Shown: positions 12,998 to 32,325 of the stretch, piece after piece
Numbering within the stretch: the first letter of the stretch is position 1
Layout: each line of letters begins with the position of its first letter
NCBI GenBank assembly: GCA_043228905.1
Contig: JBHGNT010000011.1
Location: 16,926,001 to 16,990,000, forward strand
Direction of reading: 5' to 3'
Origin: Azolla caroliniana
Lineage: Eukaryota > Plantae > Polypodiophyta
DNA: 64,000 nt
The notes under the pieces: model-generated
The model's database searches: none
What the model was told of the DNA's origin: nothing
The model's input: only the letters and a program-made list of their open reading frames with translations
Position numbers and translations under genes: made by a program

Positions 12998-13259
12998 GAG
13001 GGAGTGTGTTGGCATAAAAGGTCGACTCCTTCCAAATTGTATCCTCAAGTGTGAACATGTTACCATGTTAGGGATTGAGTGTATAAGCCTAATTGTAACA
13101 CACTATAAGAGAGCGAGAGTTTTTTCAGAAGAGAGAAATAAGAGTTAACTTAACTGAGTGCAACTATCTTGCACAAATCTGTCTCTACAATTTAGGGCTT
13201 AGTTCTCTTGACATCACTTTGCAAGTCCTCACATATTCTTCTGCATATCATATTCAACA
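12998..13259 (+). mobile_element. Polypurine tract plus 3' LTR (253 bp) of a Copia-like element
   Basis: gagggagtg directly precedes TGTTGG (13007); the LTR ends CAACA (13259) and truncates the gag of the minus-strand Copia. Confidence 0.6.
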
Positions 13260-13578
13260 AGCGTGTGTTGGTTCGGGTTGAGTTTCTTGTGCTCCCTCAA
13301 TATAACTCCAATAATCTTGGCCTACAAGTTATTGGTGCTTCTTGTATTCCCAAGATGCAAATTTGTTTCTGTCAAGCTTTTCACTAGGAAGGGAGGTGCC
13401 CATCTGAGTATTCATGATAGTCAAAGTGTGATTTCTTCTTCTTCTTCTCTATTTGATGAGCCGGTTCTTCTTGATCTTCGACAAATAGCACAACACAGTT
13501 GAATAGGTTTGATTAGGCTACCAATCGCCTTGATACCATGTAAAGAATCAAGTGTATGATTCTATGCATGGAATGAAG

Positions 13579-13722
<144 letters not shown>

Positions 13723-13918
13723 TGACACAGATATATAGAAAACAAGAACTGTATTAACGAGAAAGAATAACAATCAATAACACGTTACAAAGGAGAGGAG
13801 AAAGTGCTAATATAGTTACCCTCTCTTTGCACCCTCTTACTGCCCCTTAGGAAAGAGGTGGGGACTTAACTACTCTACCTACTAACTGTGTGTCATGGAA
13901 GATAAGTTCTATGACACA

Positions 13919-14289
13919 CTATGCTTATTGAATTCTGGATGTTGTTTGTTCACACACTTCATGGCCAATATGATGATCTGCAGGGTTCGAATGATGTTTT
14001 GTGGCAACGGCAAGTGGCCTTTAAGAACCGATGGCAAGGACTCCGATTATTTTCAGAGACAACTGCTGGACCAAAGTGGAATTATGCCATACCTTCATTT
14101 ATGTTGGATAGTGGATAGTAAGTATTGTTCTACTTGTTCATATATGACATCATCTGGATCATCAGATGTACTAGGTTTTGTATCTTTCAAAAAGAAGTGA
14201 GATGAAATGTCTCCTTCTGTTTTCCTTATGTAGACTTTTCAAGTAATATACTAAGGTGTATCTTCCTTTAAAAAAATATAATAATAATA
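13919..14289 (+). mobile_element. 5'-truncated LINE insertion with 15-bp TSD
   Basis: aagttctatgacaca at 13904-13918 and 14290-14304; A/(TAA)n tail; closely similar to the reverse complement of ~47055-47680. Confidence 0.9.
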
Positions 14290-14409
14290 AAGTTCTATGA
14301 CACATTAGCTATGATACAAAGTGGTGGGATGTTCACACTTGGCTATTTCTAAGGTGTGGTCCCACACTAGGGAAGTTGAGTTTGATTCTCAACAGAGAGG
14401 TTATGTCAA

Positions 14410-14825
14410 ATGATAAGACCAAGTTCGAATATTGTCCAATGAAGGGCAATTATGTAGATCTCTTCATGGAAGCCTTGGGACCTAATAGTATTAGGAAGTT
14501 TTCGCAAATTCTCCACGTGGGAGAATGACATTGTTGATATGGGTAAAGAGCTTAAGAGGAGTGTTACATTTGAACAAGCACCAATAACCTTCAAACAATT
14601 GAACACTAAAAAGGGTAACATTGAATACACTAGATGGAGACAATGTTGAATATCCCAAGGTATTAGGAGCACATGAGCCATAGCTCGTGTTGTATCAAGC
14701 CTTACTCTAATGGGTAAACACTCTTCTAAATACATAAGTCCATAGTCACTTACTTAAATATATGTGCTCTCTTCTCCATTATGTACTCTATTATAGTCTT
14801 GTGTTTCCCTTACATTTTAGCAACA
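14410..14825 (+). mobile_element. Degenerate Copia RNase H end plus polypurine tract and LTR
   Basis: KFEYCPMKGNYVDLFMEALG resembles the Copia C-terminal ADIFTKAL motif; aagaggag|TGTTAC at 14562. Confidence 0.45.
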
Positions 14826-17800
14826 AGCAATGTTTGCACTTCCATAATGGTGAACTAGAATCTATATATATTCTTCAACACAATACAATGTTGTATCTAA
14901 GTAAACATGGTTTTTTTGTGATTCAAAGGTACGCTAGAGACTCAACTATCCCTCCCAGAACTCTATGGGCTCCAAATACATGTTTCAACTATAATTGAAA
15001 TAAAGACCATAGAAGGATATGTTCATGAAATATTAAAATGGTCATTCACATTTAGTATTTGGGAACCGATGCCAATACTTAATGCTTTCGACACATGCAC
15101 ATGTCGTAATCATTCGTGGTCTTGCCCCAACATTTTTATGATTAAAAGCTTTGTGTTTGTGACATGTGATATGCAATTTGTATTATATGTGATATGTAAT
15201 ACCAAAACACGTGTTGATATAAAAGGAAGAAAGGGGGCGGGGGGGGGGGGGGGGGGGGTTACAAACAAGCTAAATTTTTATGCCAAACACTAACTAATGG
15301 GTCGAGTTTCTAACTAAAATATTTCCATCAAAATAATATCTATTATCAACCATGTCACGTAGAGAGCTTAACACTCTCTACGTGATATTCTCGAATCTCT
15401 ATTTCATAAAAAATCAGAAAGTGGATACTAGTAAGTGTGAACATTAGTGAAGTATAGGAGAGGCATAACCTCAATTGGGCAGAAAATGCAAAGTTTGTTA
15501 GCAAAGTGACATAATTTCTCACTATATAGATGTGTTGGGGATAGAAGTGAGCAATTGTCGTCCTTGTTTTATTAGCATTTGCTAATATAAATGAACTTGC
15601 ATGTTTTATTTAGACGAAAATGCTTACTGTAAGTTCTAAGTGGCACCATTATTCTAGAAATTGCATAGCTTCTACCATTTCGTCCACCATACCTTGAAAA
15701 TGAAAAAGAGCCTAAGAAAATATCGACTAGGATGAGGACAATTGTGCTCAAGGGTAGCATTTACAAAGTATCGTCAATTCTTGTGAGCAAAACTAAACTT
15801 ATATTATGAAACTTGCCAAATGACATGGATTTCAAAGAGGCGCTAGGATTAACCGCACTAGGATTTTTTAATTCTCAAAGTGAGGAATGGAAAAAGGAAA
15901 ATCCTCTTCTAATGTAATGAGTGAACAATGTAAAATAAAAAACAAATTCCAAGTCCTATAGTTATTGTCTTATCTTATTAGTTTATTTAAACTTGGGCTT
16001 CTACACATTATGTGATAAAGATGAAACCATCCATCTTGTAGAGTGTAAAAGAAGAAGAAAATATAGTAAAACTGACACATACAATTGCCCATAGTTGTGG
16101 TGGGCAATTCATTGTATCTTGGTTTCGTAGTTTGAAAATTATATTATGTTCTCGATGTCATATTTCAACAAATACCGAGATTTTGAAACCACAAGTTGAT
16201 TGGATATTGTTTTGAGAAAACAGAAGGCTTTGTTTGCTCAACATGTTAGTACCTTGAATGTTATGTTACAAAATTCATTGGTTGGTTCAATGCATTTCTA
16301 ATCTAAAGGCAATATTGCATATAGTTTGGTTTCAATAAATTAATAATTTAAAGGTTACACTATGAAAGTCTAGCCTTCTTTGGTTCAATATATGTATATG
16401 TATGTATGTATGTACTTTAAAGGTTATGTCGTATATTGTCTATGTGTGCCCCTTATCGAGCAAATGGTTATCGATCTATAGATAGAGAGAGCATGTGTTG
16501 ATGGTACATGATAAACCAAATGTCATATATCCATTTGCAAAGTTCATTGCACAATGAGAGAGGGAGAGGTGGGTGCATTTCAGAAGAAATTTGAGAATTA
16601 AGCTCATCGATGAACTCGAAAATGACACAACGTGGATATTAAACTAATCATATGCTTGTACTTTGCGTTAAAAATATGGGTGATGCTTTTATAATTTTAT
16701 CATATTGTAAGGTCGGTTTTATAATAAACATATTTTACCTTATGCTTTGAATAGTTCCTTTTCAATAACTTTTGCTGATCCTGTCTTACGTGTTAAACAA
16801 TCAGGAAATATGAAACATAAATATTTGGATTACGAGTCTCTCCTTTATGGATTGGTGTTGTTTTCTAGTCGATGTGTCCACATTTGACCACTCTTGCCAG
16901 CTAGTGCATACAATGGTATAACCCAACATGTGTGTTAAACAATAAGAAAGTATTACGTAAATAGTGGATGATGGGACTATCATATAGTCTTCTATTGATT
17001 TACGGATGTGTCTTTTCTAGGAGAGACATCCACGTTAGGCCACTATTGCCAACCAATGCATAGGTGCATCCCTCATACATATACATTAGATTTTGTTGTT
17101 TCAATAAGAAGTCTGCATGTCATTCAAAAAATTCGCCCCAAGTCAAACAAATACTTAATTTTAGCACACGAGTAGATTTCATTGACTCAATGATATATCC
17201 TTCACAATATGGGTCATAAGTAAAGAAATGCATAAGACTTCACATCACTTGTTATCAATATAATAAAGAACGCCATGAGACACCATAGAAAAACAAGACT
17301 TGTATTATAATGCATTTAGTAAACTATTTCCATTCTTGTTAGTGAGTACTTTGAAGAATTCCATGTTGTGTGCTTTGGCATGCTCTAAATCTAACATGTT
17401 ATGAGAGACCTAATGGGCATTCTAAAAAGTCTCATGTAATATGCATGTTTTGGAATGGCCCATGAATTTCAGCATTATGAATATCAAATTTGAAAATTTT
17501 CACCTAGTACATATTTCTAAATCACTAAGATAAAATAATGACAAGATATTTCAATTGAATTTGAAAAATTATAAATGAATGTAAGTCATTTTAGATTCCT
17601 ACATGCCACGATTGATTGGTTCAAACAATGTGTAATGGTTTTGGATTTTTAGGTTTAGTACCTCAAGTACTACCACTATTGACTTGTATATATCCTCAAG
17701 CCCAAATCGATAAAGCAACTTAAAAAAGCTATCCACACCAAATGCAATCATCGTAGGTTGAGCTTTTCATTTAATTTCCTCTGTTCAAGTTTGCATAAGG

Positions 17801-18100
17801 ATGATGTTCAAGAAATGGAACGTTAATGATAAATTATAATATTCTCCCCTTTTAGACGACGTAAAAAATTTAAACCATTTTCTAATGCACATCATGTTAG
17901 GACATTGATAATTCAACCATCCAATGCATGTGATTAATTATATTCTTATTATTCTAGCTTTAACGCTAGAACCAAGTTTTCTATACATGTGCAAGAGAAG
18001 GTGGCATCATATTATGGCTACACATGCAAGATGTAATTTGTTCATGACATAGTTTCACTAGGATGTGAATGGAGATGAAACTATGACTTATACTCAATGT

Positions 18101-18505
18101 TTTTTTTCCCCAAAATGAAGCTACTTTCCCATTAGTTAGGAAGGATTATTACAAAGAGTTGTACAAGGAGGCTTATACATAGATCGAGGAATCTCTCGCT
18201 GATCAAGTTCAAGAAAATGAGACTAGTTACATCGCCTTTCGGACTGACTACTTAATGTAAGTACCTATAGCTAAAAACGGTGCCCTTCAATGATGGCTAG
18301 TACGAGACAACTGTTGGGGTCGACAGCGAAGGGAGGGTGGTAAGTGAGACAGAAACAACCAGCGTGGGGGCTGGTAGTTCCACCTCATGCCACTTCCTCC
18401 TTGTGTCACCAGAGGCATGTTCCGCCATTTCTGCCAAAAGCGCAAACGGGCAGTAACCACGTCATTGGAATAGTTACAAACCTCGTCCAATTGCCCTCGT
18501 AGGCA
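18101..18505 (-). mobile_element. 5'-truncated LINE 3' end
   Basis: RLRFWQKWRNMPLVTQGGSGMRWNYQPPRWLF, homologous to ~50165-50570; T-run tail; decayed acttata...atgtt direct repeats. Confidence 0.8.
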
Positions 18506-21500
18506 ACTTATATTTGATGTTATTAAGATTAATGTTTTTATATACTAAAACTAATTTAAACTAGCTTGAAAGTTTGGTAAGTTTTTAAACATATCAGTTT
18601 TGCAGATCGAAAATGTTTATACATAAGGCCACTCATATCAATATTGTTATGATTAACCAACCTGTCATGATAAACTATATATTACCGACATGATGTTTGT
18701 GAACACAAAGGAACATGTATTTCTTATCAACGATTAATATATTCCTCCTTGCCAACTAGGGGTGTATGCTTTTTATGTCTCCTTACGGCCCGAAGTCTTG
18801 ACTTTGGCAGTGAAAGGTTGTAGCCATTTGAAATGTGTTTTTAAGTATACTTTAGAAATCATGCATACATTACTCTATTGGGGTGAGATCACACAAGTAT
18901 GCGACAAGTACACATGTCTCCTATATATCTACACATTTTATAGAATAAATATTGGAAGTAATATTTTGGTATGAAGACATTTAGTCATATATTTCTGCAT
19001 AACCATAGGGAATGCATTAGCATTGTGGATAATTATGTTTTCTTGAAGCCTCGTTCTTGCAATCTTGTCTCCTTGACAATTGCATTACACCCTAATTTCA
19101 CAATCTTAAAAGGATGTTCTAGGATGTCAATGTCAAAAGCATGGTGCAAAATCATCCATTTATGGAATCTCTTTAAATATATGAACTTTGCCGCAATGAA
19201 GCAATATATTTGCTTTCTATTTACCTTTTCCCCAAAAATAAAAGCATCCCTAGACGTTATTAAGGCGTTTCAAAAAAGCTATATCATCATATAAAATCCC
19301 ACCACTAATATTGCGTTGACGTGATTGTTGATTACATACCAAAATCATTGACATTGTGGTGAGGATTTATTTAGATGTTATCCCCTACCGTCGTCTTCTC
19401 TAACAAATTGTTGATCATGAAATATAATGTGGTATGGATGTGTCTCTTAGTTTTAAAACTCGGTTTCATACATTGTTTAACAAGGCCTAGAACCACATTG
19501 TAGTAGTAAAGTCCCATGTACTTGTTCCTTATCTCTATCTGAAACCCATATTCACACACACACACACACACACACAAAGTTCTTTCACAAGTTGAGACTT
19601 CATTTACTCATAGAAACAAGTTTTCAAATTTTTTCCCTACCTCGATGTGATCACACATAATTGTTAACATAGAGGTGCTAAGAATATGTAGATATCGACA
19701 CCAAAACTCTTGGAAGAAAAGTCACAATATGCCATATGATAAGCAATTGATGGCATCACTCAAAAATAACTTTCAAGATAATAAGCATTTCCTTGGATGG
19801 GAACCCGCCTAGTGGTTATTGAAAGAATTCCACCATCTTGAATTAGATTTAACTTATCAAAGCACACGCTATTTGGTGTCATGTCTACATCAAGCAACAT
19901 AGGTCTAAACAACAAATAAGTTGAAATGAATTAGCGATTTACGTTAGGATGTCTATATGTATGTGAAGGAATATTATTCGTTTCATTTTATAAAGTGTAT
20001 TTAGTGCCCTAGGCTGGTATATGTATGGTTGACCAAGTGGATGTTTGTTTGATATAAGAAAATAAGGTGATCCTTATCTTTATGAGATAAGAAAATTGGT
20101 GTCTTGCAATTAACACAAGATAAGATATTTCCACTCAAAACTCATACTTTTGAACCTATGCAAAATGTACAAATCTAGTGAATGGATTGTGTTGCAATGA
20201 AAAAGGGCGTACAAATTTCTACCATAAAAAAGACATGTAAATGGTCTCTATGCAAAAGGTTGGCCAATTTTTATTTTCCAAAAACATGCCATCGAAACCG
20301 ATATATAGTAGTCTTTTGGAAGATCATCATTCATGCCTTGCACATTATCATGACGAAATATGTAAATTGTAGATAGTGATGTGATGGATTTCATATATAT
20401 TAGAGTCATCCTACATGTCTACCTAGAGAGGTATTAGACTTGAAAAGGGGAGCCCTTTGAGGTGTTCTAAAAATGAAAAACAACTATCCTCAACATGTGT
20501 TAAAACACGAGTTGCATAAAATATGGTGAGTCATGAATAGAGTTTTATGTAATGGATGATGAACTAGAAGGTCATGTTTCAAATGTGCTTCTTCTTGTAA
20601 CAAGACATTATATACAAATGCACAATGTCAAAGAGTTGTTGTTTTTTTGCATATCTCCATGCAAAATGACTTGCAATGTTGGGACACAATTTCTGATGTT
20701 CATGGTGCTTCAATTCCTACATACCATAATAAATAGTATAAATTCTTTTACTACACACTCTTCCAAGTTAAATGCAATTGTCGTTTACATTAAATTAAGC
20801 AAATCAGTTGGGGTAGCATACTCTATTGAGCATTCATGATCCCCATCGAGTTTTAACATTTATTCTCATAGAGATTATTATGTCCTTTATAAAGGGAGTG
20901 AGTGAGTGATAAATTTGGTTCACATCAAAAGATGTGATCGATGTACATAAACCATGGTTGTTATGATTCGTAATAAGTCTATGAGATGTGATGTAAAACC
21001 AAAGTATTAGTTCTCCTAAGTGTGTATGGTCTTTATTTGTATTGTCTTTTTTTTAAAAGGTTAAGGGTTTAGTTCGCTATTTGTAAATGCATTTGTTTAA
21101 CATTTTTCTAGTCCAAACCGCTAGCTATACATACGAAGAAAACATCAAACCCAAAACCTTGTGCTTGCAGTGGGCGCGATTTACCCTTTATGAAGATTTT
21201 GGGGTCTACTTGAAGTATTATGCAACTATGCTTTGCATGTTTGATGACTCTTTATTGGGATTGGATTGGCAATTCATGATGCTCATAAAATGAAAGAAAA
21301 TATTTAATATAGAAGCAACGATGACTTTATAGAACCTTAATTGTATGTTGAAAATCCTTCAATACATGGGAATTCCTTTTGTTACCTCTAAACTAGACAC
21401 GGTCGTATTGGCATGTTTAATAGGATTGTTTTTTTTTTCCAAAAATCTGATAGGATTGTTTGTGAAACCAAAATGCAAGATGCATTAATTATTTATATCA

Positions 21501-23446
21501 CATTGTAGTACTCCATAAGAATAAGGGTTTTGCTCTAGGAATCGACTATGATTTACTATATTGTGACAATCATAAGTTATAAGAAGGTTGATCGTAATTT
21601 TTCTTGGTGACAACTGCAAAGACTTAGTGACTTAGTGACTTAGTTGTATGCTATGTATCTAAATTGTGTTTCACATACCCTACATTGTCTTCCTCAAACG
21701 CTGCTAAACAGAAGCATTTGGTATGATGTTGTGTTACTTAGAACTCATATTATGTAGATTTCAACGTAATATTAATAAGAGATCTTGAAAGAGGAATATA
21801 CTATTCAACACGCTTAAGAAAATCGATATCATATCAATATTGATATCCTAAAAGTATTAACGAGTCAAGACGAGAACCTTTTGACTAGCAAGGCCAACAA
21901 ATACCTTGTAGAATTATTTAGTTTTTTTAAGGGTGTGTGCTCATAGGAAACGGTTTGAGCACCCCTATTAGATATGAAAAAGGAAATTCATTAGTATGTA
22001 TCCACTAGACCATGGCTTCTAGGTAGCATTTAGGCCACAAATTTCTTGATCCTTTAAGGAGTTCTCTTCTTTCCCACATGATGATTTCCTTTTGCAACTT
22101 GCATGCAAACTTTTTGCATTTTCCCTAAATTTCCCACCCTTTGTGCTAGCTACTATAGACAAAGAGAGACAAAAAATAAAACAATTGTTCAATTAGGTTT
22201 CATGTTTGTCTTGGAAAATCACACTAAACACATGTATTGCAGATAAATATGATAAGCTTTATAAGATCATTTAGATCAATGACAAAGTTTACTATTATAC
22301 AAACTAGTTATATGTCCACATGATAGCTCTCCATATTATGGCTATCTACAATGTAATGTGTGCCTATATGTAGCCTAATTGGCTACATTAATACATACAT
22401 TACTTGGATCATGACCCTATCTTGTGCAATTAACCCTATGTCAACGTCCATTCTATAACTATACATAGACAATCAATTAACTTGCTTCCTATCTATGGCC
22501 TTCAAATAAACTCAATCATGCTGATTAAGCCTATGCCTATGTCTTGAGCATAGCTATCTAGATTGTAGTACACCAATCAATGTGTACATGAGATAATGGC
22601 TCTATGTCTAAACAAATTGGCTTCTTTACGTAAATATTAATTAGCATGTAACCCCACGTTGTGTAATTTGGACATAAATCTATGTCCAAGACGAAGCTAC
22701 CTAGGTAGTGCCAACCAACTTATCAGCCATGAACTAATGGGCCAATTTCCAAAGTAACCCACTCCATTAATTCAAATATTAACAATTCTACGTTTTGTAC
22801 ATGCCATAACCATCATGCTACCAATGGTGGACAATATTAACATCTACGAGCTAATGGGCCTATCCCATTGTCTTTGTAGACTCTATTAACATGTGGTGGG
22901 CACACACGTTACACTCATTACAAGCATTCGACATATGTGTACATACATGTACTGCACCCGCAAACAGACACAAACACAACTGACAATATATATATGGGCA
23001 TGGTCAGGATTACAGTTGGAAGAGGCATCTAGCATATGGGTACATATACTAATAATTACACACTGGAGATCTATTGGCATGCATACCCGAGCAGACATGC
23101 AACATGCGATAAGATTTCCGAATGTTGCAAGCGCAACGAAGCTGAATGCATGAGAAACGTGGGGGGTAGAGGGTGGAGGTGTGGATTCTTCGAACCTACG
23201 AGATGCGCATACACACTGCTACTACTACGAAGCACTTGCAAAGTGACACTCGAGAGACATGAGGTGAGAGATCTTCGTGCGTGCATGGGTGCGTGTGCGT
23301 GTGCGACCTTCAAACACTTACACACAGTGTAATGAAAATGAGAGTTAGATAGCTAAGTCAAAAAAGCTCTCCCACACTTATTGAAGATAGCTGTTGGCAG
23401 CTCTTCCTCTCCTCTCCTCTTTTCCTTTTTCTCTTCTTCTTACACA

Positions 23447-23480
<34 letters not shown>

Positions 23481-23761
23481 ATAGCCTTCCAAATTAAGCT
23501 ATGGAGAACAGAACCTAAAAACACAGTCTATTGTATATGTAAATAGAACCTAAAACCACAAGTCTCTGTATATATACATATACATATACATATTTATGAA
23601 GAAACCCCAATGCTACAGGAAAGAAAGATCTAGAATGCTCTGTTTCTAGTGTTGAGTAAATTTGTCTGCCTGCCTGTGTGTGTTTTTCTTTTCTTGTGTT
23701 CCCAGAATCTTGTATATCATGTTTTCCCACACATTTCCTTGATGGGTTTCCTTCACACAGA

Positions 23762-27945
<4,184 letters not shown>

Positions 27946-28621
27946 AAAAAGCCAGAATGAAAATCTAAGCGATTGGGCAAGTGAGTCAGTACGGAACTGT
28001 AATGATGTGTTTAGGCTGTCTGTACCAATCAATCGGATAAAAAGTGTTCGATAGAAAGTTGGATTGAAGTATTTTTCTTTTCCATTCTCCATTTTGTATC
28101 CTTATGGGGGGAGGGGGGGGGACCTGAGTGCATCAATTTACAAAAATGATGGACTGATCATGTATGCCCTTGGAGAATGGGGATAAATGCTTTACGTCTT
28201 TGTTGTATTAAAACTTGAATATAAAAAGCTTTGTAAATATGGTGGTAAATGAATGATTTTTGACAACCCTCTGAATGGATTAATTTCTATGTAGTTTTTT
28301 TATCCAAGGTCAGATGTATATAACCAAATTTGAAGCAGAAAATTCTTAATGTGATTCAAGTAAAAATTTCTTGTATTGTTATGCCTTCGAAATCATTTCA
28401 CTTGTTGAACTCACAAAGCTTCATGAATTCAAAGATCTTAAAGAATTGGGATGAATAGGATTGGTCAATCAATCGAAAGGGGTGCTAGATTAGAGTTATA
28501 CTGAATCTAAGTTGATTTAGAATTGCTAATCCAAGTAATTTGTGTTTCATGAGTTTCTAAAATTTATATGGGAATGTAGTTGAAAATAAGATTATCATTT
28601 GTTAGAACTCAGACTTGCACT

Positions 28622-29365
28622 ACATTTGTAAGGAACCAAGTTGTTATAGCGTTTATTTGATTTATAATTCAAAAGCAAAGGTTATCTATAGATCATGATC
28701 AACAAAGATATGGAGCCACAAGATATATGTCATGTTCCACATGAGCTGCTTAAAATTGAAGTAAAAAGAGACATACAAGCTAGGTGATGAAGGTAAGGAG
28801 CCTTCTTCATTTCCCTCGGCTCTAGGTAAATAACTTTGTAGTGACTTTCAAGGTAGAGATAAAACTAATTGCGTCCTTAGAGCCAAGTAATTTAACACAA
28901 CCAAGCAAGAGAGAGAAATCCATGACTTAACACATGGGCAACCATGATGTACACTCATCTTATACAGTGATTGAATGAAATGAATATTATTTCGACATTT
29001 GTAAGGAACCAACTTGTTAACGTTTATTTGATTTATAATTCAAAAGCAAAGGTTATCTATAGATCATGATCAACAAAGATATGGAGCCACAAGATATATG
29101 TCATGTTCCACATGAGCTGCTTAAAATTGAAGTAAAAAGAGACATACAAGCTAGGTGATGAAGGTAAGGAGCCTTCGTCATTTCCCTCGGCTCTAGGTAA
29201 ATAACTTTGTAGTGACTTTCAAGGTAGAGATAAAACTAATTGCGTCCTTAGAGCCAAGTAATTTAACACAACCAAGCAAGAGAGAGAAATCCATGACTTA
29301 ACACATGGGCAACCATGATGTACACTCATCTTATATAGTGATTGAATGAAATGAATATCATTTCG
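28622..29365. repeat. Near-identical tandem duplication, 2 x ~372 bp
   Basis: acatttgtaaggaacca starts at 28622 and 28995; very few differences. Confidence 0.95.
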
Positions 29366-29897
29366 ACTACGATGGTGACTCCACTACGCCCATTGACAAG
29401 CGCTACCCTGCACGCTCCAACTCATCACACTTTTGTCCATAGCCTCGACAGATCCTTCAACTCCTACCTTCCCATCACACTTTTCTTTTAACTCAAGCTA
29501 TTTTGCTTCAACCAAGACCTAGGTGCAATGACGAGAGCACAAACACTGAGTGACAACATGTCTGACGCACAACCACCACATCACCACACTACAATGGACG
29601 ACTCCCCCGGTACCCACACACATTTCGTCATGGACCATCCAAACACAATATCCCTGCACTTCCACACCTCGAGGAGAAGAAGGCAAGTCATATCTCTCCT
29701 ACCTCATGTATGTATGGAGACGAAGGTGTTGGCCTCCCCCAAGTGTGGTGCTCCATCTAATGATGAATTGTTTGTTATCCATGTAATAGCCATAAAGGAG
29801 CCATCCATGTGGACTAGTCTCTAGGTGGCTTGCCCTAGAACCCAATGTGTAGGAAGCCTTGCAAACTGTCTCATATATTACAAAGGTCGGCCATATC

Positions 29898-30348
29898 TGT
29901 TAGAGCTTAGTCTTAATGTAAGCATATGATAAGGAAATAATAGATAGAAAGATAAGAGAGGAGAGAGAAAGAAGGGCGTCGATCCAACTGACCACCCCCG
30001 AGTGAGGGATCGAGACGGACTCAAGCCTCGATCGGCGCTCCATACCACTGTCATGGCGTCGAGTCGTACCTAGTACTGCCGTGCTCGCGACAAAAGTTGA
30101 TCATCACAAACGCATAGTCTCGACGTAGTCAATAATGTCCTACTGAGGGTAGCTCGCCCTCATATTTATAGCCTAACCTAAGGCCCTAGGCAAGTTCACA
30201 CTTGGCCCTTATGGGTTGTCCCAATCCCTAGGATTAAAAGTAATCCTCCTTTCTTTACACTCTCGTTTAACCCTCACACTTTATCCACGTGTATAGAATA
30301 CTACGATACAATCTTACCACGGGATATTATATGGTCATGCTCGTAACA
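29898..30348 (-). mobile_element. Solo LTR (451 bp)
   Basis: TGTTA...TAACA termini, 5-bp TSD ATATC, TATA box on the minus strand. Confidence 0.88.
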
Positions 30349-31415
30349 ATATCATTGACCAATGTCCCAACCAACCTATCCTTTATAGAGGGAGGGGATT
30401 GGCTAATGAGCTTTGTCGGACTTCCTAGGCCATTGCACTCCTTGTAACCAACCACTCGGCCACAAACCCCACAAAGAAAGAACTAGTTGGACCAAGGGCA
30501 CATCCATCCATACATGTACGAACGTGTCTTGGACGCGAATATCAAGCATAAATGGATGACGTTGAAGCAATTGGCGTTCGCTAGTGTGACAATGCAACAA
30601 ATTCATGGACTTAACCAAGGTGCCAATCGCGCATCCTCGACCACGACATGTTAAGTAGGCAATATCGTAGAAGACTTGATAGAGAACCTGGATGCAGTCT
30701 AGTTGGTCCTCCTAGAATGTCAAAGTATCCTTCCCATTGAGCCAACTCTTAAGATTAATGTCCCGGATCGACAATGCACTCAACCACATTTGTCATGGAC
30801 CCACAAAGGCCATGCATCACAATCACCAATTAAACTACCATTGATTACCTTTGTTAACCCCATAGACAAACAATCCTTGGTCATTAATTTGCAAATTTTT
30901 TAGTATCAAACCGACATCTCATGTACACACATGTCCTTTAGTAATAGGGTAAACTAAAGAAAGGCTTAAGATATATAAAATATATAAATGTAAACGTATA
31001 AACATTTATACTCTTCTAAAAGGGACACAAATATAGTTACATTAATATAAAGAGAATAAAAAATTTTAATCCATTCTAGGCTTTTATACACTTTTTTATT
31101 TTAATCCATAGTGTAGTGATCCTAAGGCTTAATCTCTTGAAGCTTTTAAGTCTTAATCCCTTGGATGACTCACGGAAGTGGATTTAATTGAAGTTGATTT
31201 GATGGAGACATGGTTTGGTTAAACTTAACCCTAAGCAAAAGCAATGTTAGACACTTTCAAATTGGAAGGCAAATATCATTAATGCTCATGATTTATAAGT
31301 TGATTGCTAAAGCCTTATGAATATAATAGACACAAATTAACTAGAATGATGCACCAAATGCTTTCAACAATGTCTTCATTGTGGTATTCTACATCGCTAA
31401 CATTGGGGTTTATCA

Positions 31416-31565
31416 TCCAACAATGGTCGTCCTCTCCCTTTCTTGAGTCAGTGGGCATCCACATAAGATGGAACTATTGCGTCCCTATAGGGATTTGTAT
31501 ATAACACTCTCATCTCTAAAATATTTATAACTAATGGAAGGAGTTTTTTTGGGAAAACAAAAACA
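31416..31565 (+). repeat. Dispersed LINE 3'-UTR-like repeat
   Basis: 31416-31522 matches the reverse complement of ~51500-51608; ends in the shared ctaatggaaggagttttttt-gggaaaa motif. Confidence 0.7.
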
Positions 31566-32079
31566 CATTGGGATTTATCCATTAATTATGGGTTGACCCT
31601 AGTTGTTGACAACCTACATCAAAGACAAGTGGTATTTGCGCACATTTGGCTGCAATAAGACGAAGATCAATCTCTCTATGATGTCAAGGCCTCGTAGAGA
31701 CAAAACCATGATTGTGTTGCATAATGAAAACTTAAATATGCTTGAGGCACTAGTTGACGATGGCCTTGACACTTACTTAGCTTGGCAAATCACCCAATGA
31801 TGGTTCCCCTCTTCGAGATCTTCATTATCTGCATCACCACAACCCTAGTGACATTCTTGACCAATGATTATTTCATTGATGGGTATTAATTATGCCAATT
31901 CTTTCCAATGATCCCACATTTGCCACAAACTTGGGACCTAGAGTCACTTATGACAATGGTAATGTGAAGGAGAAAATATCAATGCATTTATGGATATGAG
32001 CTTGAAGAGGTTAATCCTAGAACGAACATCGCATTGTCATCGGTTAAAACTACGAAGTCCTTAGCGTCTTTGCTTCTAT

Positions 32080-32325
32080 TAGTCCTACGAGGATATGTAG
32101 GGTTTGGATCCCAAATTTGATTTGTGCAAACTTCACTCGAAGGAAGACGAAATGCCAAATACAACAACATTAATATAAGATGGACACAAATTAAGTGACA
32201 ACCATAAAAGAAGATTTAGATAAATTGGTCTGAGTTGGCTTCGTTGAATGTATAAAGCAGGTCATTTGGCTCAATCCATTAGTAGTGGTCCAGAAAAGAA
32301 ATCATAACCTCAACGTGGCATGGAT
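32080..32325 (+). mobile_element. Degenerate Ty3/Gypsy (Athila/Tat-like) RT N-terminal fragment
   Basis: SYEDM*GLDPK...IKEDLDKLV*VGFV...WLNPLVVVQKRN. Confidence 0.65.

Noticed and set aside
30055-30095. Possible 5S rRNA (Cassandra-like) motif gcagtactagg in the solo LTR
   Set aside because: The match is too short, and the flanking 5S A/C-box sequence is not recognisable.
30354-30930. Degenerate coding-like sequence flanking the solo LTR
   Set aside because: Probably transposon-derived, but no diagnostic motif could be read in any frame.
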